A stretch of DNA of 64,000 nt from Octopus sinensis (Eukaryota), in the NCBI RefSeq assembly GCF_006345805.1, contig NC_043003.1, forward strand, positions 70,060,001 to 70,124,000, read 5' to 3'. A model generated the notes under the pieces. It was given only the letters and a program-made list of their open reading frames with translations, was not told the origin of the DNA and made no database searches. The position numbers and the translations under genes are program-made. The first letter of the stretch is position 1. Each line of letters opens with the position of its first letter. This document shows, in pieces, positions 49,049 through 63,429 of this stretch.

Positions 49049-52000
49049 CAAGACTCACTTGCAGGTGTTACTTGTGCAATTCTTAAAATTATTCCATTGT
49101 TTTATCTTCAGGAAAAGAATGGTCTTCAGTAAGTTAGATTAACCAGGACACATATCATTAAGATTTTAGTCTTCTCAGGTGCTCAATGAAGACAATACAG
49201 TGGAATCTCAATTTATGAATGCCTTTCATCACAAACAAATTGGTTCACAATTTTTCAAACATAAAACATCTTGAGTGGCAAAAAGTCTTTCAAGTAACAA
49301 ACATATAAGGTAGCAGCAGCAGCAGCAGCAATGGTTGGTGACAAACTGGGAGTATCGGTGGGAGGAGAGCATCAGTTGCTGTCCAGCTTCTGCTTGGTGC
49401 ACATCCGCGCTCGGATCCACTGTGCCTTCTCTTGAATTTCTTATGGGAAAAATAGTTTGGGTTTACAAACATTTCAGGTAACAAATGGTCTTCAGGATTA
49501 ACCCATTCATGCTGGTCGTCCATTTAAACTGACCCTTAATTTATAAGGGTATAAAACAAATACTTGATACAAATTGTGATTTGTGTATGATCTGTATCAA
49601 AGAATAAAACATGTTTTTAACACGTATGCAGTCTGTATCAAACGTGTTGTATTCTCAATCACTTATAGGTCATGAAAACCAGGATAATTGCCTGTCTTAT
49701 GAGTTCTGGAGCTCATCCCAGATCAAATTCTCTGGCCTTATGTAATGGATGTGAGATATTCCAAGACTTGGCACTTATATACATTTTGTGGTTTTAATTG
49801 AATGTGGTTTAGCAATGCCAAATGACAAGGACAAGATTGTTTTATTGGTGTCAACCATTATTTTTATGTTTGTGCAATGGAAAGATACAAAGTTGTTTTG
49901 CCTCAGTTAAACAAATTTTCTACCATCTCTGATCATGGAAAAAGTGTAGATGTGATGGGACACATCGAAATTACTATGCTGGTGGTAGTGATTTAATGTT
50001 CCTTTTTTCTATGCTGGCATGGGTTGGATGGTTCAACAGGAGCCAGAGGACTGCACCAAGCCCTACAGATCTCCTTTGGCATGCTCTCTACACTTGAATG
50101 TCCTTCTCAATGCCAACCACTTTACAAAGTGTACTGGATGATTTTTTCATGGCATCAGCATTGGTGAGGTCATCAAGTACCTGCACTCTGGTAACTGAGT
50201 GGATGTTTACTGACATTTAGTAGGAATGAAGTGTGGTATTGTCTGTGTAGGAGCATTAGCAGAAGTGACAACAAGTAGGTTGTTAATATACAGTGAAGAA
50301 TATGAGAACCAAAGCCAATCTTTTAGGCTCACTGGAGTCGATAGGATGTGTTTACATCCCTGTAACTTAGAGATTCGGCAAAAGGGACCGATAGAATAAG
50401 TACTAGGCTTACAAAGAATAAGTCCAGGGGTCGATTTGCTCCACTAATAGGCAGTGCTCCAGCATGGCCGCAGTCAAAATGACTGAAACAAGTAAAAGAA
50501 TGATAGAATCATGGCGGTGAGCTAGCTGAATCGTTAGCTTACCAAACAAGATTCTTAGTGCCATTTCATTTGTCTGTATATTCTGAGTTCATATTCATCC
50601 GAGGTTGACTTTGCCTTTCATCCTTTCAGGGTAAATAAAATAATTACCAGTTGAACACTGGGGATGATGTAATCAACTTAACCGCCCCTCAGAAATTGCT
50701 GGCCTTGTGACCAAATTTGAAACCATTATTATCATTTAGATGGTGAGCTGCCAAGTGTTGTGGATCATGCCAGACAAAATATCCCTTCCTCTCAAAGATT
50801 GCTGGCCTTAAATCCTGCAACGTACTGGTGTTCTGTTCAGTGGGGTAATGTTATGACTTTCGTCCCTTATATGCCATGGAAAGAAAGAAGGGAGCTGGCC
50901 CTACGGGTCGTAGGGCTTAGGAAAAAAAAAGTTAATGCATAGAAATAGCAACAGTAGAAGTTGACAGAATGTTAAGATGAGGCAGTGTGGGGGGGCTCAG
51001 TGAAATTAATATGTTAATTGAATTGGTAAAATAAAGTAAATTTGTGAGACATTTGATCCGCTAGTCTGAACAAAATATCTGCCACCAGCTGGTTAACTTC
51101 ATGATGCAAAGACGGTCAACGTCTCCACATAGTAAGGGAGGTAAGTCACATATAACATTCATGTTGAGAATCTAGATTAAGATATTTTAAAAATCTAATA
51201 TAATATCTACTTAAAAAAAACAAAAAAACATAGTGGATCTTTTCTTTTTAAAGATTTTGTTTGTCTTCAACACTAATTACCAATTCTATTTCATTACAAA
51301 AAAAAAAAAAAGAAAAAAAGAAAAGAAAAATGTGTATTGCTGATATTCTGAAAAATTTTGAATCTCTCCTACTTAATAAATATGTTTTCAAAATTATATT
51401 TGATTCTATCGAAATGATAAGGACAAATTTATTCATTAAAATGAAAAAAGAGAGTCAGAAGAATAAAATTAATTTAACCAGAAGCCGAATGAAATGTTCT
51501 ATACTTAATTGCGGTGCCCCAGCATGGCCACAACCTCTAGCTGAAACTGATAAAAAAAAGTTCCATAATATCAAATTTATAAATAAATTAAAAAAAAAAA
51601 TATTCTTTGAACCCCATGATTAAACGGGAAATAATTTTTAAAAAATGAGAAAATATGGAGAAAAACTAATAATGGGTGTTATTAAAAAAATTTAAATACT
51701 TTCATTATTAGACATACGCACTTACGTATACACACGGGGAAATTAAAACAAATCTGATAAAATCTCATCTAAATAGTCTTGCTATAAAAAGAAACTCAAA
51801 TGTTGAGGTTTATTGTATTCTCAAGGTCATTTTGTAGCTCAAAAAGTATTAGTCTTCGAAATTGGGTCGCAGAGATATTTGACTGATCGACCACTATTTT
51901 TATCTCTACCACTACAAACCACTCGCAAAGATGTGAATATTGTTCAAAACACCAGCTATACGACTCCAAGTCAAACAAATAATAAATGAACATATATCTA

Positions 52001-53340
52001 TTTAGACATATTTATGATAGAAGACCTCTCCATCAGTCAAGGTCTGTCTTCGTTTCTGGAGCTTATTTGCATATTCGTTATGACGTAAGAGATATGATGA
52101 TGTTACTTAGAATACTTTCATGAATGCTTGGTTTTCTTTCTTTCTTTTTTGGAAAATTATGGAATTAATTTGATTAAGTAACTCTAATCTCATTAAAATC
52201 AAAAGGAAGAGAAAGAAAATGCAATAACTAAAAAAATATAGAAAAGTAAATAAATAAAAAAAAACTTTATTTCGCTGATTCACTTTTCGGAAAATCAAGG
52301 TCGATTTAAATTTCCGTTGAATAAATAATTTTATCTATATAAAATTGAAACGAAATTTATTTTAAAATGTAGGAGAAACCTTAATTTATCGTTTTAGTGG
52401 CAGTTCTACTAAATTAAATGGTTTAATTCTAAAATACTAAAGTAATTTATTTGGAGAAAATTTAAATATAAATTTTCCCAAGATCCCTTGCACAACGGTC
52501 AGCTCTATTAATATAAACTTACCATTGTTATATGTAAAAAAATAACGAGCCAAATGTACGAAACGAAATTTCTTTGTTATAATAAGCATTGTTTGAAAAT
52601 TATCACTCACTTTTTAAGTAGATGATTTAAGAACATTTTAATATTCGTTAAATATAATTCATTCAATTTAAATTTACTTATTCTCAGATTAATTCATATT
52701 TGATCATTGTTTATTTGTAAAAATATTCAATTTTAGCCAATATCAAGGGCGAAACGATACTGGCTCTTAAATAATTTATTGTTTCGTCAACCCGCTTTTA
52801 ATTTCTCCGCCCGACTACTTAAGTTCAAAAGGACTTTTTAATTAACCAAGACTAACTACAAGCTACATAATAAAATAATAACTGCTAGCAAAATACCATT
52901 TTTATTTAATACATGCTAAAATATTTTTGCGTGTTAATAGAAAAATTTTTTTTATAAGAGAATGTTATGAAGGATAAGAGTTTCTTATATATTATAGTGA
53001 ATTACAATATATAAAGTTAAAATAATAAAGATAAATTGCCAACTATAGCTACACAGCTACCGCTTATTTTCACTATGTTCGGTAAGTTCCGTAAGCTGCC
53101 GCCGATTGATTCCGAGTATGACCAAATATGCTATTTATTCTATAAATATTAACGAAGAATTACTTTTTTCGATAAATAAATTATATAAATTGGGAAATAA
53201 ATAATAGAAATTGTATGAATAAAAAAATGTATAACACTTTCGTTTTGGAAAATTTAGCAGACGTTAAAAAAACACAACAAAAAAAAATCAAGTAAAAACA
53301 AAAACAAAAAACGTAAGAAACGTTTTGAAGTGTTAAGCTG

Positions 53341-53410
53341 TAATGTGAGTGACAAAGAGTCCGGCGCAAGTGGAAAGCGCCGGTATATATCATCAGCCTG
53401 TTAGGTAAGT
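53341..53410 (+). promoter_or_regulatory. Candidate first non-coding exon/TSS region with a GC hairpin and splice donor
   Basis: CCGGCGC-aagtggaaa-GCGCCGG (53361-53383) and ttag|GTAAGT at 53405, inside a CpG-retaining zone. Confidence 0.35.
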
Positions 53411-54309
53411 TGTTAGCTATTGGTGGTGTAAAAAAAAAGAGGAAAAAGATAAAGAAGATATCTGAGTTTGTCTATGTGAAAAGCAGTGTGGTTTAGCAGG
53501 CGCCAAGAGAGAGAAAAAGGGTGATGAGAATATTTCTGTCTCCCGCTTCCATTCACAAGTACAAATGTTTATTTATGTTTAACGTGCGTGCATTGCCACA
53601 TAAATAGAGGCAAAACTGTGACTGTTGACTTTCAGTTTCCTTACTCTTATCCATTCTGAATGCTGAAGGTGGTAATCAACAACCAAGCGGGGGCCAGAGG
53701 GACTTCTGTTTCCCCTTTTTTAGTTATACCTTAAATTAATTTTACCTTTAATTACGGCAGAGTGACTCCTTGCCGCACACCCTTTATCCCAACACGTGTC
53801 TTTTTCTGAGCATCTTTTGTTAATTAGTGTTCAATAATGTTCAACATCTTTAGCAATCAAATTATTAATTAGTGATCAATGGTCAATTTGGAAAACATAG
53901 AGAGGAATAATAGACTGTCGCACATTTGCAAGTTGTTTTGATATATATATAATAAGCGAGCTGCGACAGTAATTTTATTAGATCTCATGTCTACAAACAG
54001 ACAAAGGCAATTTTGATGTGTTAAGTGGAGAAGAAAGATAATATTTTTATCGCATCTACCAGAACCACACTGGACTTTCCGAAATAGCAGCTGGAGAGAA
54101 ATTTAACTGGAAAAAAAAAAACCGAACGTAAACTTTGAAAGTTGCTATCCTGACCAGGCCGGCTCCGGTAAGTAGGCTTAAGTGCCAAATACTTAATGGG
54201 AGAAAGAAAGAGAAAGAGAGAGATAGAGCCCTTCATTCTATCAATAGAATGTGGACGCACGTGTATGTATGTATGTATGAATGTATGTATGTGTGTGTAT
54301 GTACGTCTG

Positions 54310-54321
54310 TTTATCTATCTG

Positions 54322-54376
<55 letters not shown>

Positions 54377-54550
54377 GTTTGTCTGTTTATCTATCTATCT
54401 ATCTATCTGTTTGTCTGTTTATCTATCTATCTATCTATCTATCTATCTGTTTGTTTATCTATCTATCTATCTGTCTCTGTTTATCTCTCTATCTATCTAT
54501 TTATGTCTATCTATCTATTTATGTCTGTCCGTCTATCTACCTATCTATGC

Positions 54551-54583
<33 letters not shown>

Positions 54584-54630
54584 ATCTATCTATCTATATA
54601 TCTGTCTATCTATCTGTCTATTTATGTCTG

Positions 54631-54669
<39 letters not shown>

Positions 54670-54686
54670 GTCTATTTATATGTCTG

Positions 54687-54733
<47 letters not shown>

Positions 54734-54750
54734 GTCTGTCTGTCTATCTA
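54310..54750. repeat. (TATC)n/(TGTC)n microsatellite
   Basis: Direct reading. Confidence 0.95.
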
Positions 54751-55014
54751 TCCGTGTCTATACACATGCATCACTTTCACACGCACACGCGCGCGCACTT
54801 GTCCTACTGCTGTGTCCAATATATAAATAAATATATTTATATTTATTATTTATTCTTCCTGATACAGTTACATCCACAAGATTCAGACTATGGCGTTATT
54901 GTACACTATGTAGAATAAATACACACAACAAAGAATACAGGACATCTTATTGCCTTGCGTTGTTTTTACTCACACACGCTCTTTCTTCTTTTCTATTTCT
55001 TTCTCTTTCACATA

Positions 55015-57401
<2,387 letters not shown>

Positions 57402-58929
57402 ATCTGTTCAGCTCCCTCCCTGACTACCTTGGTTACCAAGGCGACGAAATAACAGCAGCTTAAAGAGGCAAAATGAAATATAAAAGTACAGTCCACTTCC
57501 CAAATAGTGAATTATCTTCCATTTCAAACTAATTGCTCTGTCGTTACGTTTATTTTTTCTCCTTCTTCTCATTATCGCGGTAACTAATATCCATACATAA
57601 TGGTAAAAGTAGTCTTTGCGACAGAAGTCTGCTGCGCCCCGGTCAACTTGCCCGGACGGAACCATTTCATTTTTTTGCCTCCCTAATAATAGTATTTAAC
57701 CCTAGGTTATAGTCTTGATTAAGTAAACTCATCATGATTAAAAGTACCCTAGTTGTTACGTTCCTGACTATTTTTTTTATTTATTTGTCTTCTAGACATT
57801 GTCGCTCGGACTATATCCCTGAATGCGGCGTTGTTTTTTCTTAAGACATTAGTTGGATCTTTTCTGTTTGAAGGACGGAATTTTCTACAAGATCCCATTA
57901 GTTCAGATTTGTGGGTAATTTGTCTATTATTTAACCTCGTTCGTTGATGGAACAACTTATATATTGTCTTTTTGGTAGAGTTTTAGAACTGCTTCATCTA
58001 CTTCATGGAGAAGGAAAAGGACAGGAATTGCCCCCACCCTTTTTTTTTTCTCTCCAAATATCTTTGATTCATACGACAGGAATTAAGATTCTGAAAGACT
58101 TTTATAAAAATTAACCTTTATTTACCCCCTCTAATTCAGAGCCCTTTTCCTTCACAACTTCGCTGTTGTTATGTATATCAGGAACTGTGATTTGAAGACG
58201 ATTTAGCTGCTTTTTCTAGCAAGCGAAGTAACAGCGAAGAGGCTCCCACGTTGGCTCCAGATTTGATTGCGATTTTTAGCAGGCGAAAAGAGTCTCTTTT
58301 TGTTTGCTTGACTTCTACAATATTCTCTGAAAGGACATGGACCGCCAAGAGAAATTTTGCAAGGGGACTGCTTTCGGCCTATCGGGGTAGTGGTGGTGGT
58401 GGGGGGGGGCTAATCTTCTCGAAAAATTTTTTTAGGAGGTACTTCGTCAAATAATTCCATTTCCCTCCTTGGCTCTGCAGTCACTGGACTAGAACAACGA
58501 TTAAATATTGTTTTTATAGACCTACGGAAGGGCATGAATGTCACAACCTTCGTTTAATAAAGCCGAGACGTGTCTGTGAGAAACACATTGGTTTGTGAAA
58601 CCTTATGATGAACATAAAAAAAATGGAAGAAGTTCTGTTATACATTTCTAACTTTTGTTGATTATAGGAGCAGGCATATCTATGTGGTTTAGAAACTTGC
58701 TCAGGAAGCAGTGGTTTCAGGTTTAGTCTCATTGTGTGGGCGACACCTTGATGATTTCTACAATAGCCGTGAAATAACCATTGCCCGGTGAGTGAACGGT
58801 AGACGGAAACTGTAGAAGCTCGTCACATTTGTGGGTGGTATGTCTCCCCTACCTCCGCGTGACAACCGATGTTGGTTTGTTTACATCTTTGTAACTTAGC
58901 TATTTTGTAGAAGAGACCAATAGAATAAA

Positions 58930-59026
58930 GGCGGAGGTAAAGAATACGCATACCACCCGTTTTCGGCGTAACAAAAGCCCTAACCCTTACCCTAAACACC
59001 CGGTGTGCGTATTCTTTACTTTCGCC
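58930..59026. mobile_element. 97-bp MITE with 21-bp TIRs and an internal telomere-like repeat, inserted in an S2 SINE
   Basis: GGCGGAGGTAAAGAATACGCA ... TGCGTATTCTTTACTTTCGCC; CCCTAA CCCTTA CCCTAA inside. Confidence 0.8.
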
Positions 59027-59475
59027 AGAATAAGTACTGGGGTTATTTTACCAATTTTTGTTTTCAAGACGGTGCTCCAGCCTCGCCGCAGCCCAGGATT
59101 GTACATTACGAATACCGTCTGGTATTTGGAATAATTAAGCAATTCATTTACACTTTTGTATCTTAAAAAAATAATTTGTGCACCTTTCCACAGAGAAAAA
59201 AGAGCACAGATGGTTAGTGTGACTTTCTAATCTGCCAGACAAATGTCGTTGTAAAGAAAAAAAGTAATGAAAAATATACTGGAAAACCTGCTGTACGAAA
59301 ACTTAAATGTGTGTGTATGATCTATCTATCTATGTGTCTATCTAACTGTGTCTGTCTGTCCGTCTCTCTCTATCTCTATCTGTCTGTCTCACTGTCTATC
59401 TGTCTGACTATCCATCCATCCATCCATCCACCCACCCACAATATATATATATATTAATATTATATACTTGTCTCC

Positions 59476-60320
59476 ATGACCGAACTGCAGTCGTGGATCA
59501 AAAAGAGACCGAGGAAGGGTGAATGGCACCGCGAATGTCGCGTTGTTCTCAAGCAACTATGCCGTCCCGGGTCGACCTTGAGTGACTTCAACACAACTGA
59601 AGCATTCTATAGGGGATTAGTGGAAGGGAGGTACGACGACGATCTCGGGGCGAACCTGGACGTCGACGAGGAATACCTGACCCGCCTGTTCAGAGATCCC
59701 TGGCCTGGCAGTGCTTCTGAGAAGCGCTACCCGTTTGGGTTAAGCTCTACAGACACAGCTCGAGAAACACGGGGCCGACCTGCCTGAGATGCGGTCAGAG
59801 CGACGAAACCGTTCTGCACGCACTCGTGCAGTGTCCAACTATTTCCGACCTGTGGGCTTATGTCGAACGACTGCTGTCACATGTGGGATGAGTCGGTTTA
59901 TCAGCCGAGTCTATCGTCAATATTGTCATGCCTTCTTCCTTTAAACGGGAAAGAAGAGCTATTTTTATCATTCTTGTGGCTATGGCGAAAGAATGTATCT
60001 GGTGGACGCGTCTGAAAGGACTGGAGACAAACACTTTCCTCTCTGGTCAATCTCTCATCAACTTCTTCAAGTATCACTTGAAAAGGAAAGTGAGAGTAGA
60101 GAGGCAAGTTTTGTCTAGCGAATGTTTCCAAAAAAGATGGGTGAATGTAGCAAGGATGGCACGTATGAATGATGAAGCCACCTTGAGCATAATCCTATGA
60201 ACCCGGAAAAGTTTAATACAGAGGGCTACCTACTTGCAAACAAATGTGGTAACATGTAACATTATTGACCGAGGTTACCGTGGTCTTTTCCGTAGGCTTT
60301 TCTTTCCACGAATAAACCTT
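59476..60320 (+). mobile_element. L1/Tx1-clade LINE 3' fragment (ORF2 C-terminal zinc-binding region plus 3' UTR)
   Basis: ...DETVLHALVQCPTISDLWAYVE...AKECIWWTR...FFKYHLKRK..., stop near 60200, AATAAA near 60312. Confidence 0.8.
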
Positions 60321-60799
60321 ATTTGCTTCCCCCTTTACACTTTACATCATGACATTTCTGTGATACACGATCCCTATTGATCGCTTTTTTCTTTTTTTCC
60401 TTTATTTTTTTTCTTGTTTTTCTTTCCCTTTTACGATCCCTTTTGATCGAAAACCTACCCCACTTTTTTTTTCTCCCCCAAAAGAAAAGCTCCACTTTGT
60501 AATCTGTCCCATCTGTGTGCAGCTCTGTGTGGCTAATAAAGAAACATATATATATATATATATTTAAGGCGGCGAGCTGGCAGAAACGGGCGAAATGCGT
60601 AGCCGTATTTCGTCTGCTGTTATGTTCTGAGTTCAAATTCCGCCGAGGTTGACTTTGCCTTTCATCCTTTCGGGGTCGATAAATTAAGTACCAGTTACGC
60701 ACTGGGGTCGATGTAATTAACTTAATCCGTTTGTCTGTCCTTGTTTGTCCCCTCTATGTTTAGCCCCTTGTGGGTAATAAAGAAATATATATATATATA

Positions 60800-61164
60800 T
60801 ACAAAGCAATAAGGGTTTAGCAACGAGTTGCCTTACCACATACCGAATTTAGAAATAGCAGTCAAAGGGTTATAGCTATTTCTTCTACTAAAAAGGGAGA
60901 TCTCAGTAAAAACAGCATTTAGAAGGCAGACACAAACAGGTAAGAGAGAATGAATTGACTGCAATCTATCATACATTTTACTAAAAAAATGTATGATAGA
61001 TTGCAGTCAATTCATTCTCTCTACCTGTTTGTGTCTGCCTTCTAAATGCTGTTTTTACTGAGATCTCCCTTTTTAGTAGAAGAAATAGCTATAACCCTTT
61101 GACTGCTATTTCTAAATTCGGTATGTGGTAAGGCAACTCGTTGCTAAACCCTTATTGCTTAGTA
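60800..61164. mobile_element. 365-bp near-perfect foldback palindrome (arms of about 180 bp, 6-nt loop)
   Basis: tacaaagcaataagggtttagcaacgag...atacatttt / aaaatgtat...ctcgttgctaaacccttattgcttagta. Confidence 0.95.
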
Positions 61165-61574
61165 TTACTTAAATTTTCCTCGAATGAGGCTTTTACATGC
61201 CGAAGACTACTTGGTGTAATTGATAATTTTTCCAAATTAATTAATTTCACCCTTCATTATTACGGATAACTATATATATATACATATATATACACATACA
61301 TACACACACACATACACTCACATGCGCACACGTAGTTTATAGGGTAGTGTGATTGAAAAAATCCTGGTACAAGAAGTCAGTAAGCATCAAGCATGCACAC
61401 AACTATGATAGCAAACAGCAGATGATATCTGATAGAGAAATTTTCATAATTATTGCATGTTATACACTTTGTCCCACATTGAAATTGATGGAGACTTCAA
61501 TAAGTTGACAGTCACCATGCAACTCTTGATTTAGCAATCAAAATTGCTAAATATGCAAATAAATTCTTATATAT

Positions 61575-62037
61575 ATCCTTAAATCCTTAAAAAATGTTTT
61601 AGCCCGAAGGCCGCGGCCATGCTGGGGCACCACCGCTGAATGAGCTACACTAATATGTGAATCCACCTCTGATACGTGGCACTTGATCAACAAGGGAGTT
61701 CGATGCTGCTGCCCGCATCTGCGTCTCCTGTCGTGAGGTAGGTTCATCTGGGACTCCCGACAAGAAGAGATCCAGTTTAGTTTTAACGAAACCCACATCC
61801 ACACCATGTAAGTCTCTCAGGCATTTAGGGAGGATGTTAAAGAGCTGTGGTCCTCTGAAACCCAAGCTGTTGCAGTATCTGGACCTGTATTTTGATGGTG
61901 ATGTTGGAATCTCTGGCACCATGCAGTGGCACCCCGTTCTGCAGTTGGGGTAACTTTGAATGCCATTACATATATATATTGTGGTGTGTATGTTTTGGAA
62001 GTGAAAGAATTGAATAACACGTGCATTTAACTCCATT
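61575..62037 (-). mobile_element. CR1-clade LINE 3' fragment
   Basis: NSLGFRGPQLFNILPKCLRDL...KLDLFLSGVPDEP...AAASNSLVDQ, then a ggtgccccagcatggccgc tail. Confidence 0.9.
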
Positions 62038-62039
62038 TA

Positions 62040-62455
62040 TTTATTTATATATGTATATATATATGTATATATATATGTATATATATACATATAGATATAT
62101 ATCTATATATATATATATATATATAGATATATATATATATATATATAGATATATAGATATAATATATATATATATATGACATATATATATATATGTATAT
62201 ATATATAGATTATATATATATATATAGATATATATATAATATATATATATGTATATAATATATATATGTATAGATATATATATATAATATAGATATATAT
62301 ATATAGATATATATATATATATGACATATATATATATATATATATATATATAGATATATTATATATATATAGATTATATATATATATATAGATGTATATA
62401 TATATATATGTATAGATATATTATATATATATATATTATATATTATATATATATG

Positions 62456-62488
<33 letters not shown>

Positions 62489-62513
62489 TATATAGAGATA
62501 TATATATATATAT

Positions 62514-62606
<93 letters not shown>

Positions 62607-62637
62607 TATGGATATATATATATATATATGTATATAA

Positions 62638-62679
<42 letters not shown>

Positions 62680-62712
62680 ATATATATAGATATATATATA
62701 TATAGATATATA

Positions 62713-62777
<65 letters not shown>

Positions 62778-62778
62778 A

Positions 62779-62811
<33 letters not shown>

Positions 62812-62937
62812 GTACATATATATATATATATGTACATATATATATATATATATGTACAATATATATATATATATGTACATATATATATATATTCTATATA
62901 TATATTATATATATATATGTACATATATATATATATA
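62040..62937. repeat. (TA)n/(TAGA)n microsatellite tract
   Basis: Direct reading. Confidence 0.95.
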
Positions 62938-63117
62938 ACTAAAAAAATGTATGATAGATTGCAGTCAATTCATTCTCTCTTACCTGTTTGTGCCTTCCAA
63001 ATGCTGTTTTTACTGAGATCTCCCTTTTTAGTAGAAGAAATAGCTATAACCCTTTGACTGCTATTTCTAAATTCGGTATGTGGTAAGGCAACTCGTTGCT
63101 AAACCCTTATTGCTTAG

Positions 63118-63119
<2 letters not shown>
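62938..63119. mobile_element. Orphan right arm of the foldback element
   Basis: Starts at the foldback loop sequence actaaaaaaatg and matches 60980-61164 with a few differences. Confidence 0.93.
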
Positions 63120-63156
<37 letters not shown>

Positions 63157-63429
63157 GTACATATATCATCATCATCATCATCATATATATATATATATAT
63201 ATGTACATATATATATATATATGTACATATATATATATATATAGCATATACAAGGGGGGTTGAATTTGAGCGGATTGTCAGTCAGCACTCCTGCAAATAG
63301 CTGAGTATATAGAAGTGGACAGCTTTCCTTAAAGGAAATCATTCTTACAAACTGAAATTCTTTGTATAATAATATGGAATGGAATTCTTAGTGTTACCAA
63401 AAATTACATCCTTGGACTTTGTGTTTGTG

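Noticed and set aside
50860-50875. GGACGAAAGTC on the - strand as a hammerhead half
   Set aside because: No CTGANGA or complementary stem II strand upstream.
51796-51993. 65-aa minus-strand ORF and an antisense open frame
   Set aside because: No recognisable motif or convincing splice pair; treated only as part of the promoter-like zone.
57794-57914. Possible + strand exon (tctag acceptor, gtaatt donor)
   Set aside because: One open frame but no recognisable product or linked exons; too weak to call.
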